NCBI GenBank assembly: GCA_016288655.1
Contig: JAEEKX010000045.1
Coordinates: forward strand, 980 to 64,979
Source: Bacteroidales bacterium
Lineage (GTDB): Bacteria > Bacteroidota > Bacteroidia > Bacteroidales > WCHB1-69
Direction of reading: 5' to 3'
Length of the DNA stretch: 64,000 bases
Below, piece after piece: positions 17,998 to 27,977 of the stretch (position 1 is the stretch's first letter; every line of letters starts with the position of its first letter). The translations under genes and the position numbers were made by a program. Under the pieces are notes generated by a model, which saw only the letters and a program-made list of their open reading frames with translations, had not been told where the DNA came from and searched no databases.

Positions 17998-18155
17998 GGT
18001 TGCTGGTTAGCGTGTCGGGAAAAACGTCTCAGCGGACGGAAGCCATCCCATTGTTGTCGTATTTTTTTTCGTGTACGGCACGTGTCCTTCCGAACCAGGT
18101 CCCCTAACGGGAATGGTTTCATGCTTGGCTTTTTTTCTTTAATCCAAAAAAATCG

Positions 18156-18163
18156 TATCTTTG
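18156..18163 (+). promoter_or_regulatory. Bacteroidota sigma-A -7 box (TAnnTTTG)
   Basis: TATCTTTG lies 25 nt upstream of the ftsY ATG. Confidence 0.55.
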
Positions 18164-18187
18164 CCGCCGAATTTAAATCGCAACACC

Positions 18188-19147
18188 ATGGGTTTTTTCT
18201 CGTTTTTTTCCAAAGAAAAGAAAGAAGAGTTGAACAAGGGGCTTGAGAAGTCGAAGCAGAGTTTCTTCGCGAAACTCGCCAAGACGGTCATCGGCAAGTC
18301 GAAAGTCGATGACGAGGTGCTCGACAACCTCGAGGAGGTGCTCGTGACCTCCGATGTGGGCGTGGAGACCACCCTGAAGATCATCTCGCGCATCGAGGCG
18401 CGCGTCTCGCGCGACAAGTACCTTGGCACCGGTCAGTTGAATGCCATCCTGCGCGAGGAGATCGGCGCTCTGCTGATGGAGAACAACCAGGAGAACCAGA
18501 CCGACTTCGCCCTGCCTGAGGGATTGGGACGGCCGTATGTGATCATGGTCGTGGGCGTCAATGGCGCCGGCAAGACCACCACCATCGGTAAGTTGGCTTA
18601 CCAATACAAGCAGAAGGGCTATTCGGTGATGCTGGGCGCCGCCGACACCTTCCGTGCCGCCGCCATCGACCAGCTGCAGGTGTGGGCCGACCGCGCCGGC
18701 GTGCCCATCGTCGTCCAGGCCATGGGCTCCGACCCCGCCGCCGTCGCCTACGACACCGTCAAGTCGGCCGTCGCCAAACAGTGCGACGTGGTCATCATCG
18801 ACACCGCCGGCCGACTCCACAATAAGGCAAATCTCATGCGCGAACTCTCCAAGATCAAGAACGTCACCGGCAAGCTGCTCCCCGGCACACCCGACGAAGT
18901 GCTGCTCGTGCTCGACGGCTCCACCGGCCAGAACGCCATCGAACAGGCCAAGCAGTTCACCGCCGCCACCGAAGTTAACGCTCTCGCCATCACCAAACTC
19001 GACGGCACCGCCAAGGGCGGCGTGGTCATCGGCATCTCCGACCAGTTCCAGATTCCGGTGAAGTACATCGGGGTCGGCGAGAAGATTGACCAACTGCAGG
19101 TGTTTAACCGCACCGAGTTCGTCGATTCGTTCTTCCCGGAAGAGTAA
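18188..19147 (+). CDS. ftsY: Signal recognition particle receptor FtsY
   Basis: It has '[16 protein letters not shown]', '[11 protein letters not shown]', 'DTAGRLHNK' and '[11 protein letters not shown]'. Confidence 0.9.
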   Translation: MGFFSFFSKEKKEELNKGLEKSKQSFFAKLAKTVIGKSKVDDEVLDNLEEVLVTSDVGVETTLKIISRIEARVSRDKYLGTGQLNAILREEIGALLMENNQENQTDFALPEGLGRPYVIMVVGVNGAGKTTTIGKLAYQYKQKGYSVMLGAADTFRAAAIDQLQVWADRAGVPIVVQAMGSDPAAVAYDTVKSAVAKQCDVVIIDTAGRLHNKANLMRELSKIKNVTGKLLPGTPDEVLLVLDGSTGQNAIEQAKQFTAATEVNALAITKLDGTAKGGVVIGISDQFQIPVKYIGVGEKIDQLQVFNRTEFVDSFFPEE

Positions 19148-19188
19148 CGGACTTCCATCCTGGGTTCATCCTTAAAATCGTCTTTTTT

Positions 19189-20151
19189 ATGAAACGAATT
19201 TCCCTCGTTCTGTGTTTTTGTTTGTCTGTGCTGTCGGCCTTCCCGCAGGCGATGCCGCGGTTGAAGACGGGCGACACCATCGCCATCGTGGCGCCGGCTT
19301 CCGCTGTGACGCCCGAGCAGGTGGAACCCGCTGTGGAGTACTTGCAACAACGCGGCTTCCGCGTGCTGCTGTCGCCGATGCTGTACGAACAGGCCGAGGG
19401 CTTCGCGGGCACGGTCCCGCAACGCGTCGCCGCTTTCCAGGAGATGCTCGATCGCCCCGGCGTCAAGGCCATCCTCTGCGCCCGCGGCGGCTACGGCACT
19501 GTCGCCATCATCGACAGTCTCGATTTCTCCGCCTTCCGCCAACATCCCAAGTGGGTCTGCGGCTACAGCGACGTCACGGTCCTGCTGTCGCATCTCCACA
19601 CGTTGGGCTACCCCGCCCTGCACAGCGTGATGCCCATCGGCACGCGCGCCTGGCAGCCGGGCAATATCTACGCAGCATCGTTTCTCAACGCGCTGAAAGG
19701 GAAGATGTTGCACTACAAGTTCGAAGCATCGCCGCTCAATCGCACGGGCATGGTCACCGCCCCCGTTGTCGGTGGCAACCTCTCACTGCTCTATTCGCTG
19801 CTCGGCTCCGTGTCAGACATCGACACCGACGGCAAGATCCTCTTCATCGAGGATGTGGATGAGAACATCTACCACATCGACCGGATGCTGCGCGCCCTCG
19901 ACCGTGCCGGAAAACTCAAGAACTTGAAAGGCGTCATTGTGGGTGGCATGACGAAAATCACCGTCAGCGACTATTACCAAAACCACGATGTCTATTCGTT
20001 GATTGCAGAAATTCTCGGGAAGTACGACTACCCCGTCTGCTTCGGCTTCCCGGCCGGACATGGCGGACAGAACTATGCCCTGCCGATGGGGGAGACCGCC
20101 ACGCTGAAGGTGTCTGAAGGTGGCTGCTCGCTGATTTTCCGTCGCAACTAA
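19189..20151 (+). CDS. LD-carboxypeptidase (peptidase S66, muramoyltetrapeptide carboxypeptidase-like)
   Basis: It has 'GDTIAIVAPAS', 'ILCARGGYG' and 'GYSDVTVL', together with a signal peptide. Confidence 0.8.
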   Translation: MKRISLVLCFCLSVLSAFPQAMPRLKTGDTIAIVAPASAVTPEQVEPAVEYLQQRGFRVLLSPMLYEQAEGFAGTVPQRVAAFQEMLDRPGVKAILCARGGYGTVAIIDSLDFSAFRQHPKWVCGYSDVTVLLSHLHTLGYPALHSVMPIGTRAWQPGNIYAASFLNALKGKMLHYKFEASPLNRTGMVTAPVVGGNLSLLYSLLGSVSDIDTDGKILFIEDVDENIYHIDRMLRALDRAGKLKNLKGVIVGGMTKITVSDYYQNHDVYSLIAEILGKYDYPVCFGFPAGHGGQNYALPMGETATLKVSEGGCSLIFRRN

Positions 20152-21467
20152 CGGATGCTGTCGATGGCCTTCAGGAGGAGTGTCATGATGTTGTGGTAAC
20201 ACTCCATGCCGCAGCGGTCGCAGGTGTCGGTGAAATGGTGGTAGCCGCCGTAACGCCCGCCCATGGTGTAGATGAAGATGGCGGGGCAGTGCTCCGTGAA
20301 GAAGTAGTGGTCGCTGTTGGCGGCGTTGGAACGAGGTTTCACCTGCGCCACCAAGTGCTCTTTTTCATTGATTTCCACTATCTTGTCGTAAAACGGCTTC
20401 GTGTTTTCCGCCGTGGAGTTCACCACGGTGAAGCCCTCCTCGCCGCCGCATAGCATGTCGATGTTGATGAGCATCTTCACTTTGGAGAAGTCGATGAGCG
20501 GGTGCTCGACGAAGTAGCGGGAGCCGCGCAGGCCGCTCTCCTCGCCGCTGAAGAACAGGAAGACCATGGTGTATTTGGGCGGGTTCTGGCAGAAGTGGCG
20601 GGCGAGGTCGAGCACGCCGCTGGTGCCGGAGGCGTTGTCGTGCGCCCCGTAGAAGACTACCGAGTCTCCCATGCTGCCGAGGTGGTCGTAGTGGGCGGTG
20701 AGCACCACCAAACTGTCGGGTTGTTGGGTGCCGCGCACCTGGTAGCAGATGTTCTGGGTCTTGTTCATGTAGAACTTGTTGTCGAAATCGACGGAGATGG
20801 TGCGAATGCGCTTGCCCATCTTGTCGCGCTTGACGTAGATGAGGGCGTAGTTTCGCTCGGTGTCGTTGCTGCTGAGTCCCCACACGGGAAGCTCATCGAC
20901 GCCGATGAGGATCCCTTTCGAGCCGAAGGGGTTGTTGTAGGTGAGCGAGCGCAGGGCCTCCTTGGCCTGCTCGGCGGTGAAGTTCTTGTCGCGCCACTCC
21001 ACACCGTCAAGGTAGATGAAGCCGTTGCGGATGAGGTAGGCATGTCGGTCGTAGAACTTCATGAGTTTCGCAGGGTCGTTGATGAGCGACAGGTCCATCT
21101 GCACGACGGGCGCCTCCTGGAGGTGGGTGGTATGCGCGTAGGGAGCCACGCGGTAGTCCCAGAAAGGACTGAGGCGGTGGCCGTTAAACGACATCTCGAC
21201 GCGCCCCTCCATCTTGTGGGCGGCAAACTCGTAGTATTGGTATCCGTTGGCGGTGAGGGGCTGCGCACCCATGGCGCCGAGTTGGTCGTGGATGTAGCGG
21301 GCGGCGAGTTGCTCGCCGTTGTGCGAGCCGCCGCGGCCCCACATCTCGGGCGCGGTCAGCACGGCGATGTTGCGGCGGGCGTAGGTGGAATCCTGCGCGT
21401 GGAGCGTCAGAGTGAGGCCGCACAGCAGGCAGCCGATCCCAAGGGCTAAATGGCGTGTTCTTCCCAT
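20148..21467 (-). CDS. M28-family zinc aminopeptidase
   Basis: It has 'LTAHYDHLG', 'GAHDNASGTSGVL' and 'FSGEESGLRGS', with a lipoprotein-like N-terminus 'MGRTRHLALGIGCLLCG'. The track extension overlaps the upstream gene. Confidence 0.8.
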   Translation of the reverse strand: MGRTRHLALGIGCLLCGLTLTLHAQDSTYARRNIAVLTAPEMWGRGGSHNGEQLAARYIHDQLGAMGAQPLTANGYQYYEFAAHKMEGRVEMSFNGHRLSPFWDYRVAPYAHTTHLQEAPVVQMDLSLINDPAKLMKFYDRHAYLIRNGFIYLDGVEWRDKNFTAEQAKEALRSLTYNNPFGSKGILIGVDELPVWGLSSNDTERNYALIYVKRDKMGKRIRTISVDFDNKFYMNKTQNICYQVRGTQQPDSLVVLTAHYDHLGSMGDSVVFYGAHDNASGTSGVLDLARHFCQNPPKYTMVFLFFSGEESGLRGSRYFVEHPLIDFSKVKMLINIDMLCGGEEGFTVVNSTAENTKPFYDKIVEINEKEHLVAQVKPRSNAANSDHYFFTEHCPAIFIYTMGGRYGGYHHFTDTCDRCGMECYHNIMTLLLKAIDSIR

Positions 21468-22282
21468 TGTTGGTCTTTTATGTACATTAAATAACTGATT
21501 CCAAACGATTTGAGTTTCGCCACCGCATCGTCGTAACCGAGCGAGACCTCCTCCGACTTGTGGGCGTCGGTGCTGATAATCATAGGAATGTGGTAGCGTG
21601 CTACCTGCGAGAGGATGTAGTCGGAGGGGTAGAAGTCGGGACAGCGGCCTTTGTAGATGCCGCGGGTGTTGATCTCGACGATGAGGTGTTTTTGGCGTAC
21701 GAGATCGATGAGGTGGTCGGCGAGTTGCCGGTACCACGGCTCATCCTCCGTGAAGTAGCGTTTCCGGTTGTGCATCTTGATCTTGTCGCAGTGGGCGATG
21801 ATGTCGAACTGCTGGGTCTCGATCATCTCGAAACTCTGCTCCCAGAAGCGGGTGACGGCGCGGCGCACGTCCATGCCGAAGAGTCCGCGCAGACCGTTGT
21901 CGTAGATCTCGTACTTGCTGCCGTCGATGAACCAGAGGCGGTCGTCGTTCTCGGGGCGCACCAAGTGCACGCCGCCGATGAGGAAGTCGAGATGGTAGGT
22001 GTCGCGGTAATGCGCGAAGGGCTGGGTCATGCCGGGCACGAAGTCGCACTCGAGCCCCTTGAAGAGTCGCAGGTGCGGGAATTGAGACTGGTAGCCGTCG
22101 ATGGTGCGGACGTATTCGGGAATCTGCGTCTCGTGGATGCCGAAGTCGTTGGCGAAGGGCACGGGGGCGTGCGACGAGAACCCCAGTTGGTCGTAGCAGA
22201 GTCGGTCGGCCTCCTCGATGTAGTTGAGGATCGGCTCCTTGCCGTCGCAGTAGTTGCAGTGAGTGTGGAAATTGGCTTTCAT
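21446..22282 (-). CDS. PHP-family histidinol-phosphatase (HisJ/HisK type)
   Basis: It begins 'MKANFHTHCNYCDG' and has 'ISTDAH' near the C-terminus. Confidence 0.75.
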   Translation of the reverse strand: MKANFHTHCNYCDGKEPILNYIEEADRLCYDQLGFSSHAPVPFANDFGIHETQIPEYVRTIDGYQSQFPHLRLFKGLECDFVPGMTQPFAHYRDTYHLDFLIGGVHLVRPENDDRLWFIDGSKYEIYDNGLRGLFGMDVRRAVTRFWEQSFEMIETQQFDIIAHCDKIKMHNRKRYFTEDEPWYRQLADHLIDLVRQKHLIVEINTRGIYKGRCPDFYPSDYILSQVARYHIPMIISTDAHKSEEVSLGYDDAVAKLKSFGISYLMYIKDQQWEEHAI

Positions 22283-22356
22283 GGAGATTTTTTCGGAATG
22301 AAAGCGCAAAATTACACTTTTTCGGTGAAAGAGAGTTGATGTTCGGGATAAAGTTG

Positions 22357-22364
22357 TATTTTTG
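22357..22364 (+). promoter_or_regulatory. Bacteroidota sigma-A -7 box (TAnnTTTG)
   Basis: TATTTTTG lies 23 nt upstream of the ATG at 22387. Confidence 0.5.
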
Positions 22365-22386
22365 CGGCGATTAAAAAAAAACGACG

Positions 22387-22833
22387 ATGAAGAAGTTATT
22401 GTACGTGATATGCCTGATGGTCATTGTGGTTACTGGATGTGAGGACAGACGCGAGGCGCGGCTGGCGGAACGCCGTGCGGGCACCTACTGGGGCGAGTTC
22501 AACACGTTGCGCAGCAACGAGGCGACCGGCATCGACACGTTGATGGAGGTGAAGCTGACGCAGAGCCACGTAGATCCGGAGTGCCTGATGATGAACGGCT
22601 TCGAGTTGGAGCCGGAGGATGGCGTCTATGAATACGACAGCGACGCGGTGACGGCGACGGAGTGGCAGCAGGTGTGCGAATTGTGCGGTATTCCCGCCGA
22701 CTATCTCCCGGAAACCCCACGGCGGCTGTCAATAGAGGTGAAATTCTATTCCGCCAACATGACTATATATATAATGTATCGCGGCGAGGAGGATGCCTTG
22801 GGGCGGACGCAGTTCACGGGGACGCGCCGTTAA
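22387..22833 (+). CDS. Small lipoprotein of unknown function
   Basis: It has the lipobox 'VVTGC' after a hydrophobic signal. 148 aa. Confidence 0.6.
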   Translation: MKKLLYVICLMVIVVTGCEDRREARLAERRAGTYWGEFNTLRSNEATGIDTLMEVKLTQSHVDPECLMMNGFELEPEDGVYEYDSDAVTATEWQQVCELCGIPADYLPETPRRLSIEVKFYSANMTIYIMYRGEEDALGRTQFTGTRR

Positions 22834-22960
22834 TGCGGAAAAACAGAAATGAATTTTCTGCAAGTGCGGGAAAAAAGCCCGGTTTCCATCCAAAAAGTCG
22901 GTAAAATTCCGTTTTTTTGGAAAAAAATCGTCGGAAGGGAATAACAAGAAAAAATATTTG

Positions 22961-22968
22961 TATATTTG
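22961..22968 (+). promoter_or_regulatory. Bacteroidota sigma-A -7 box (TAnnTTTG) for the rpmD-led ribosomal operon
   Basis: TATATTTG lies 195 nt upstream of the rpmD ATG. It is the only such box in the 330-bp gap. Confidence 0.45.
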
Positions 22969-23162
22969 CGGGCTTGAAAAAGCACGGCGCGAAAGAGTCT
23001 GATTTCACTCTTTTCATGTTGTAATATGTTCTATTATAATATGTTAAGATGTGTGGTGGAAGAGTAGGGGAGAAGGGCGAATGGCGGGGAAAGAGGGGAA
23101 AAAACTCCGAAACGGCGTGTAATGGAGAGAAAAATTCAGTAATAACTTAATATCAAAAGTAG

Positions 23163-23342
23163 ATGAAAAAGTTAAAAATCACACAAGTAAAGAGTTCCAT
23201 CGACCGTTCGGAACGTCAGAAGAGATCTCTTCAGGCATTGGGCTTGAGAAAGATGCACCAGAGCGTTGAGCACGAGGCCACGCCGCAGATTTTGGGCATT
23301 GTAGATACGGTGAAACATTTGGTCACTGTTGAGGAAATTTAA
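23163..23342 (+). CDS. rpmD: 50S ribosomal protein L30
   Basis: 59 aa, 'MKKLKITQVKSSIDRSERQKRSLQALGLRKMHQSVEHEATPQILGIVDTVKHLVTVEEI'. It is below the track's size cutoff and was found by direct translation. Confidence 0.9.
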   Translation: MKKLKITQVKSSIDRSERQKRSLQALGLRKMHQSVEHEATPQILGIVDTVKHLVTVEEI

Positions 23343-23373
23343 TTTACGAACCATATTATAGAGAAGAGAAGAC

Positions 23374-23841
23374 ATGAATTTACATACTTTAACCCCCGCA
23401 AAGAATTCAACGAAAGGTAGTAAAAGAGTAGGACGTGGACAGGGCTCCGGCAAGGGCGGCACCTCCACCCGTGGACACAAGGGTGCGCAGTCGCGTTCCG
23501 GCTACAGCCGCAAGATCGGTTTCGAGGGCGGCCAGATGCCCATCTACAGAATCCTGCCGAAGCGCGGTTTCAAGAACATCAACCGCGTGGAGTACAGTGC
23601 TATCAACATCAGCACCTTGCAGTACATCTACGAGCGCACCAATGTCGCCGAGATTACTCCCGACGTGCTGATTTCCAATGGTTTGGTTAAGAAAAGAGAT
23701 TTGATTAAGATCTTGGGCAAGGGTGAACTCACCTGCAAGCTCAATGTCAGTGCCCACGCTTTCTCCGCCACCGCCAAGGAGGCCATCGAGAAGAACGGCG
23801 GCACCATCAGCGTCATCGGCGCCAAGGTTGAGCAACAGTAA
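23374..23841 (+). CDS. rplO: 50S ribosomal protein L15
   Basis: It has 'RVGRGQGSGKGGTSTRGHKGAQSRSG'. Confidence 0.95.
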   Translation: MNLHTLTPAKNSTKGSKRVGRGQGSGKGGTSTRGHKGAQSRSGYSRKIGFEGGQMPIYRILPKRGFKNINRVEYSAINISTLQYIYERTNVAEITPDVLISNGLVKKRDLIKILGKGELTCKLNVSAHAFSATAKEAIEKNGGTISVIGAKVEQQ

Positions 23842-23865
23842 TCAAAACCTTTTTAATCCACGATT

Positions 23866-25224
23866 ATGAAAAAATTCATCGAAACCATAAAGAACATCTT
23901 CAAGATCGAGGACCTGCGGAAGAGAATCCTCTTCACGCTGGCTATCATCTTGATCTATCGTTTGGGTACGCACATCGTGCTTCCGGGCGTTAACCCGGGC
24001 GCGTTGTCTGCCTTCACGAAGCAGTCGAGCGAGGGCCTGCTGGGCATGCTCGACCTCTTCTCCGGCGGTGCGTTCTCCAAGGCCTCCATCTTCGCCTTGG
24101 GTATCATGCCTTACATCTCCGCCTCCATCGTCATCCAGTTGCTCACCCTGGTGGTTCCCTACTTCCAGCGTCTGCAGAAGGAGGGCGAGAGCGGCCGTAA
24201 GCAGATCAACAAGATCACCCGCTACCTCACCATCGCGGTCGTCGCCATCCAGGCCCCCGCGTACATCGCCAACCTCGAAGGCACCTACGGCATTGGCGCC
24301 CTGTCGCCCTACATGCTTCACTCCGAGATCTTCGGTCTCTCCATGTTCGCCTTCGTATCCTTCATCCTGCTCATCTGCGCCACCTTGTTCTTGATGTGGT
24401 TGGGTGAGAGAATCACCGACAAGGGCATCGGCAACGGTATCTCCATGATCATCATGGTGGGTATCATCGCCCGCTTCCCCTCCGCACTCCGCTTTGAGTT
24501 CGAGTCCCGCATCACCGAGAACGGCGGTGGCCCCATCGTCTTCATCATTGAGTTGGTGGTCCTGCTGCTCATCATCATGTTCAGCATCATGCTCGTTCAG
24601 GGCACCCGCCGCATCCCCGTCCAATACGCCAAGCGCATCGTGGGCAACAAACAGTACGGCGGCACCCGCAACTTCCTTCCCCTCAAGGTGAACGCTGCCG
24701 GCGTCATGCCGATCATCTTCGCCCAGGCCATCATGATGCTGCCCTTGACCTTCATCAACATGGGCAACTTCCGCGAAGGCGGTTTCTGGTACAGCTTCAT
24801 CGACTACAACGGCTGGGGCTACAACATCATCTATTTCCTCATGATCATCCTCTTCACCTACTTCTACACGGCCATCACCATCAACCCGTCGCAGATTGCT
24901 GAGGACCTGAAGAAGAACGGCGGCTTCATCCCCGGCATCAAGCCCGGCAAGCAGACCGCCCAGTTCATCGATGACGTCATGTCGAAGATCACCCTTCCCG
25001 GCTCCTTCTTCCTGGCCTTCGTGGCCGTGATGCCCGCCATCGTGCGCGCACTGTTCGGCGTCAACCAGCAGTTCGCCCAGTTCTTCGGCGGCACCTCCCT
25101 GCTCATCATGGTCGGCGTCGTGCTCGACACCCTCCAGCAGATCGAGTCCCACCTGTTAATGAGACACTACGAAGGATTCACCAAAAACGGTAGAATTAAA
25201 GGCCGCAACAGCGCCGCATACTAA
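23866..25224 (+). CDS. secY: Preprotein translocase subunit SecY
   Basis: It is a 452-aa multi-pass protein with 'LGIMPYISASIVIQLL' and sits in the canonical position after rplO. Confidence 0.95.
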   Translation: MKKFIETIKNIFKIEDLRKRILFTLAIILIYRLGTHIVLPGVNPGALSAFTKQSSEGLLGMLDLFSGGAFSKASIFALGIMPYISASIVIQLLTLVVPYFQRLQKEGESGRKQINKITRYLTIAVVAIQAPAYIANLEGTYGIGALSPYMLHSEIFGLSMFAFVSFILLICATLFLMWLGERITDKGIGNGISMIIMVGIIARFPSALRFEFESRITENGGGPIVFIIELVVLLLIIMFSIMLVQGTRRIPVQYAKRIVGNKQYGGTRNFLPLKVNAAGVMPIIFAQAIMMLPLTFINMGNFREGGFWYSFIDYNGWGYNIIYFLMIILFTYFYTAITINPSQIAEDLKKNGGFIPGIKPGKQTAQFIDDVMSKITLPGSFFLAFVAVMPAIVRALFGVNQQFAQFFGGTSLLIMVGVVLDTLQQIESHLLMRHYEGFTKNGRIKGRNSAAY

Positions 25225-26036
25225 TGGGTATCCTGAATAGAATACATCTGAAAAGCGATTCGGAAATCGAATCCATCAAGAAAAGTTCTTTGCTTGTTGG
25301 AAAAACCTTGGGCGAAGTGGCCAAGTTGATGCGGCCGGGTATCCCGCTCCGACACATCGACATGGTGGCCGAGGCCTTCGTCCGCGCCCACGGCGGCATC
25401 CCCTCCTGCAAGGGCTATCGTCCCTACCCCGGATTCCCGCCGTTCCCCTCCACGCTCTGTCTCTCGGTCAACGAGACCATCGTGCACGGCATCCCCGACG
25501 ACTATGTGCTGCAGAACGGCGACATCGTCACGGCCGACTGCGTGGTGAGTGTAGATGGATGGCACGGCGACTACGCCTACACCTTCGAGATCGGCGAGGT
25601 GAGTGAGGAGAAGCACCTGCTGGTGCAGCGCACCCGCGAGGCCCTCATGCACGCCCTCACCTTCGCGAAGGCCGGAAACCACATCGGCGACATCAGTCAC
25701 GCCGTGGAGAGTTACGTCAAGCCGTTCAACTACGGCGTCATCGAGGAACTCTGCGGACACGGCATCGGACGGAAGATGCACGAGAAACCCGACGTGCCGA
25801 ACTATGGCCCCGCCGGCAAGGGCGAACTCATCCGCCCCGGCATGGTCTTCTGCATCGAACCCATGATCTCCATGGGACGCCGGAAAATCAAGGAAGTGGA
25901 CGACCAGTGGCCCGTGGTCATGGCCGACGGGAAACCTTCCGCCCACTTCGAACACCAAGTCGCCATCAACTCCCAAGGCAAGACCGAAATCCTCTCCACC
26001 TACCAATATATCGAAGAGGCCCTCGGCATCCAATAA
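25224..26036 (+). CDS. map: Type I methionine aminopeptidase
   Basis: It has 'GHGIGRKMHEKP' and 'FCIEPM'. Its start overlaps the secY stop (TAATG). Confidence 0.9.
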   Translation: MGILNRIHLKSDSEIESIKKSSLLVGKTLGEVAKLMRPGIPLRHIDMVAEAFVRAHGGIPSCKGYRPYPGFPPFPSTLCLSVNETIVHGIPDDYVLQNGDIVTADCVVSVDGWHGDYAYTFEIGEVSEEKHLLVQRTREALMHALTFAKAGNHIGDISHAVESYVKPFNYGVIEELCGHGIGRKMHEKPDVPNYGPAGKGELIRPGMVFCIEPMISMGRRKIKEVDDQWPVVMADGKPSAHFEHQVAINSQGKTEILSTYQYIEEALGIQ

Positions 26037-26074
26037 GCAAGAACATTAAACGAATATAAACCAAACCAACGAAT

Positions 26075-26293
26075 ATGGCAAAACAATCCTCGATCGTACA
26101 AGACGGCGTAGTCATCGAATCCCTCGCCAACGCAATGTTCCGCGTTCAGCTGGAAAACGGACACGTCATCACCGCGCACATCTCCGGCAAGATGCGGATG
26201 CACTACATCAAGATCCTGCCCGGCGACAAAGTGCAGATCGAGATGTCGCCGTACGACTTGAGCAAGGGACGCATCACCTTCAGACATAAATAA
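26075..26293 (+). CDS. infA: Translation initiation factor IF-1
   Basis: It has '[32 protein letters not shown]'. Confidence 0.95.
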   Translation: MAKQSSIVQDGVVIESLANAMFRVQLENGHVITAHISGKMRMHYIKILPGDKVQIEMSPYDLSKGRITFRHK

Positions 26294-26318
26294 TTAGAAA
26301 TCAATAAAAAACACAACA

Positions 26319-26435
26319 ATGAAAGTCAAAGCATCTGTAAAGAAAAGAAGCGACGAGTGCATCGTGGTGAAGAGACACGGTGTGGTCTATGTGATCAACA
26401 AGAAGAATCCTAAATTCAAGCAACGTCAAGGCTGA
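26319..26435 (+). CDS. rpmJ: 50S ribosomal protein L36
   Basis: 38 aa, '[38 protein letters not shown]'. It was found by direct translation and is below the track cutoff. Confidence 0.9.
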   Translation: MKVKASVKKRSDECIVVKRHGVVYVINKKNPKFKQRQG

Positions 26436-26465
26436 AATTTATAATCAAAAAAACACAATAAAATT

Positions 26466-26840
26466 ATGGCAAGAATTGCGGGTATAGATTTACCTAAAAA
26501 CAAAAGAGGAGAGATAGGTTTGACCTACATCTACGGAATTGGCCGCAGCATGGCCCGGAGAATTCTGGACCAGGCCCAAATTAGCTATGACAAGAAAGTC
26601 AGTGAGTGGAACGACGATGAACTGGGCGCACTGCGCGGTATCATCGGCGAGATGAAAGTGGAAGGCGCACTGCGTTCCGAAACCCAAATGAACATCAAGC
26701 GCTTGATGGATATCGGTTGCTACCGTGGCATCCGTCACCGTATCGGCCTGCCGTTGCGTGGACAGAGCACGAAGAACAACGCCCGTACGCGTAAGGGCCG
26801 TAAGAAGACCGTTGCCAACAAGAAGAAAGCGACGAAGTAG
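26466..26840 (+). CDS. rpsM: 30S ribosomal protein S13
   Basis: It begins '[14 protein letters not shown]' and contains '[17 protein letters not shown]'. Confidence 0.95.
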   Translation: MARIAGIDLPKNKRGEIGLTYIYGIGRSMARRILDQAQISYDKKVSEWNDDELGALRGIIGEMKVEGALRSETQMNIKRLMDIGCYRGIRHRIGLPLRGQSTKNNARTRKGRKKTVANKKKATK

Positions 26841-26900
26841 TATATCAAGTCGGCCATGAAGTGATTGATGGCCGGTAAACCAAAAGAAATACAGAAGATT

Positions 26901-27290
26901 ATGGCAAAAAATACCAAAGCAACCAAAAAGAAAGTTGTCAGAATAGACGCGCTGGGCAAGGCCTTCGTCTATGCATCTTTTAATAATGTGATCGTGTCGC
27001 TGACCAACAACGACGGACAGGTGATCTCCTGGTCTTCGGCTGGCAAGATGGGCTTCAGAGGTTCGAAGAAGAACACTCCCTACGCCGCCCAGATGGCCGC
27101 CCAGGACTGCGCGAAAGTCGCCTACGACCTCGGTCTGAGACGGGTGAAAGTCTATGTGAAAGGCCCCGGTGGCGGCCGTGAGAGCGCCATCCGCACCATT
27201 CACGCCTCCGGCATCAGCGTGGAGGAGATCGTTGACGTGACTCCGCTGCCGCACAACGGCTGCCGTCCCCCGAAACGTAGAAGAGTTTAA
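26901..27290 (+). CDS. rpsK: 30S ribosomal protein S11
   Basis: It has '[38 protein letters not shown]'. The ATG at 26901 lies inside the track ORF. Confidence 0.95.
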   Translation: MAKNTKATKKKVVRIDALGKAFVYASFNNVIVSLTNNDGQVISWSSAGKMGFRGSKKNTPYAAQMAAQDCAKVAYDLGLRRVKVYVKGPGGGRESAIRTIHASGISVEEIVDVTPLPHNGCRPPKRRRV

Positions 27291-27330
27291 GTTGTCGTTA
27301 TTAAAGTTATCAAATTAAAAATCACAGATT

Positions 27331-27936
27331 ATGGCAAGATATACTGGACCTCGCACCAAAATTGCAAGAAGATTCAAGGAACCTATCTTCGGTGCTGATA
27401 AATATCTCGAGAGAAAGAACTACGGCCCCGGCCAGCACGGCCAGAGCAAGCGTCGCGGCAAACTGTCGGAGTACGGCATGCAGTTGCAGGAGAAGCAGAA
27501 GGCGAAATACACCTACGGCATCCTCGAACGCCAGTTCAAGAAACTGTTCCTCAAGGCCGCCAGCCGCAAGGGCATGACCGGTGAGAACTTGATCAAGTTG
27601 ATCGAGTCCCGCCTCGACAATGTGGTCTATCGTCTGGGCATCGCCCCGACCCGCGCCGCCGCCCGCCAGTTGGTGAGCCATCGCCACATCCTGGTCAACG
27701 GCAAGATCGCCAACATCCCCTCCATGCTGCTGGTTCCCGGTGACGTGGTGGCCGTCCGCGAGCGCTCCCAGGCCCTCGAGGTCATCACCAACTCCCTCGC
27801 CGGCCGCTCCACCACCTTCCCGTGGCTCGAATGGGACGCCTCCCTCATGTCCGGCAAGTTCATGAACTATCCTGAAAGAGAAGAAGTGCCCGAGAACATC
27901 AACGAGCAGTCCATCGTCGAGTTGTACTCCAAGTAA
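27331..27936 (+). CDS. rpsD: 30S ribosomal protein S4
   Basis: It begins '[15 protein letters not shown]' and contains '[27 protein letters not shown]'. Confidence 0.95.
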   Translation: MARYTGPRTKIARRFKEPIFGADKYLERKNYGPGQHGQSKRRGKLSEYGMQLQEKQKAKYTYGILERQFKKLFLKAASRKGMTGENLIKLIESRLDNVVYRLGIAPTRAAARQLVSHRHILVNGKIANIPSMLLVPGDVVAVRERSQALEVITNSLAGRSTTFPWLEWDASLMSGKFMNYPEREEVPENINEQSIVELYSK

Positions 27937-27977
27937 GGAGTTCGCAAATCACATCGTTCAACATAAAATTCATCAAA

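Noticed and set aside
20148-20151. Convergent genes (the LD-carboxypeptidase and the M28 peptidase) share overlapping stop codons within CTAA.
   Set aside because: This is a curiosity of compact genomes and has no functional implication that I can support.
22814-23017. A 67-aa minus-strand ORF and other small ORFs in the gap upstream of rpmD.
   Set aside because: The sequence is Phe/Lys-rich and derives from an A/T-run region. It overlaps the putative promoter box and has no motif.
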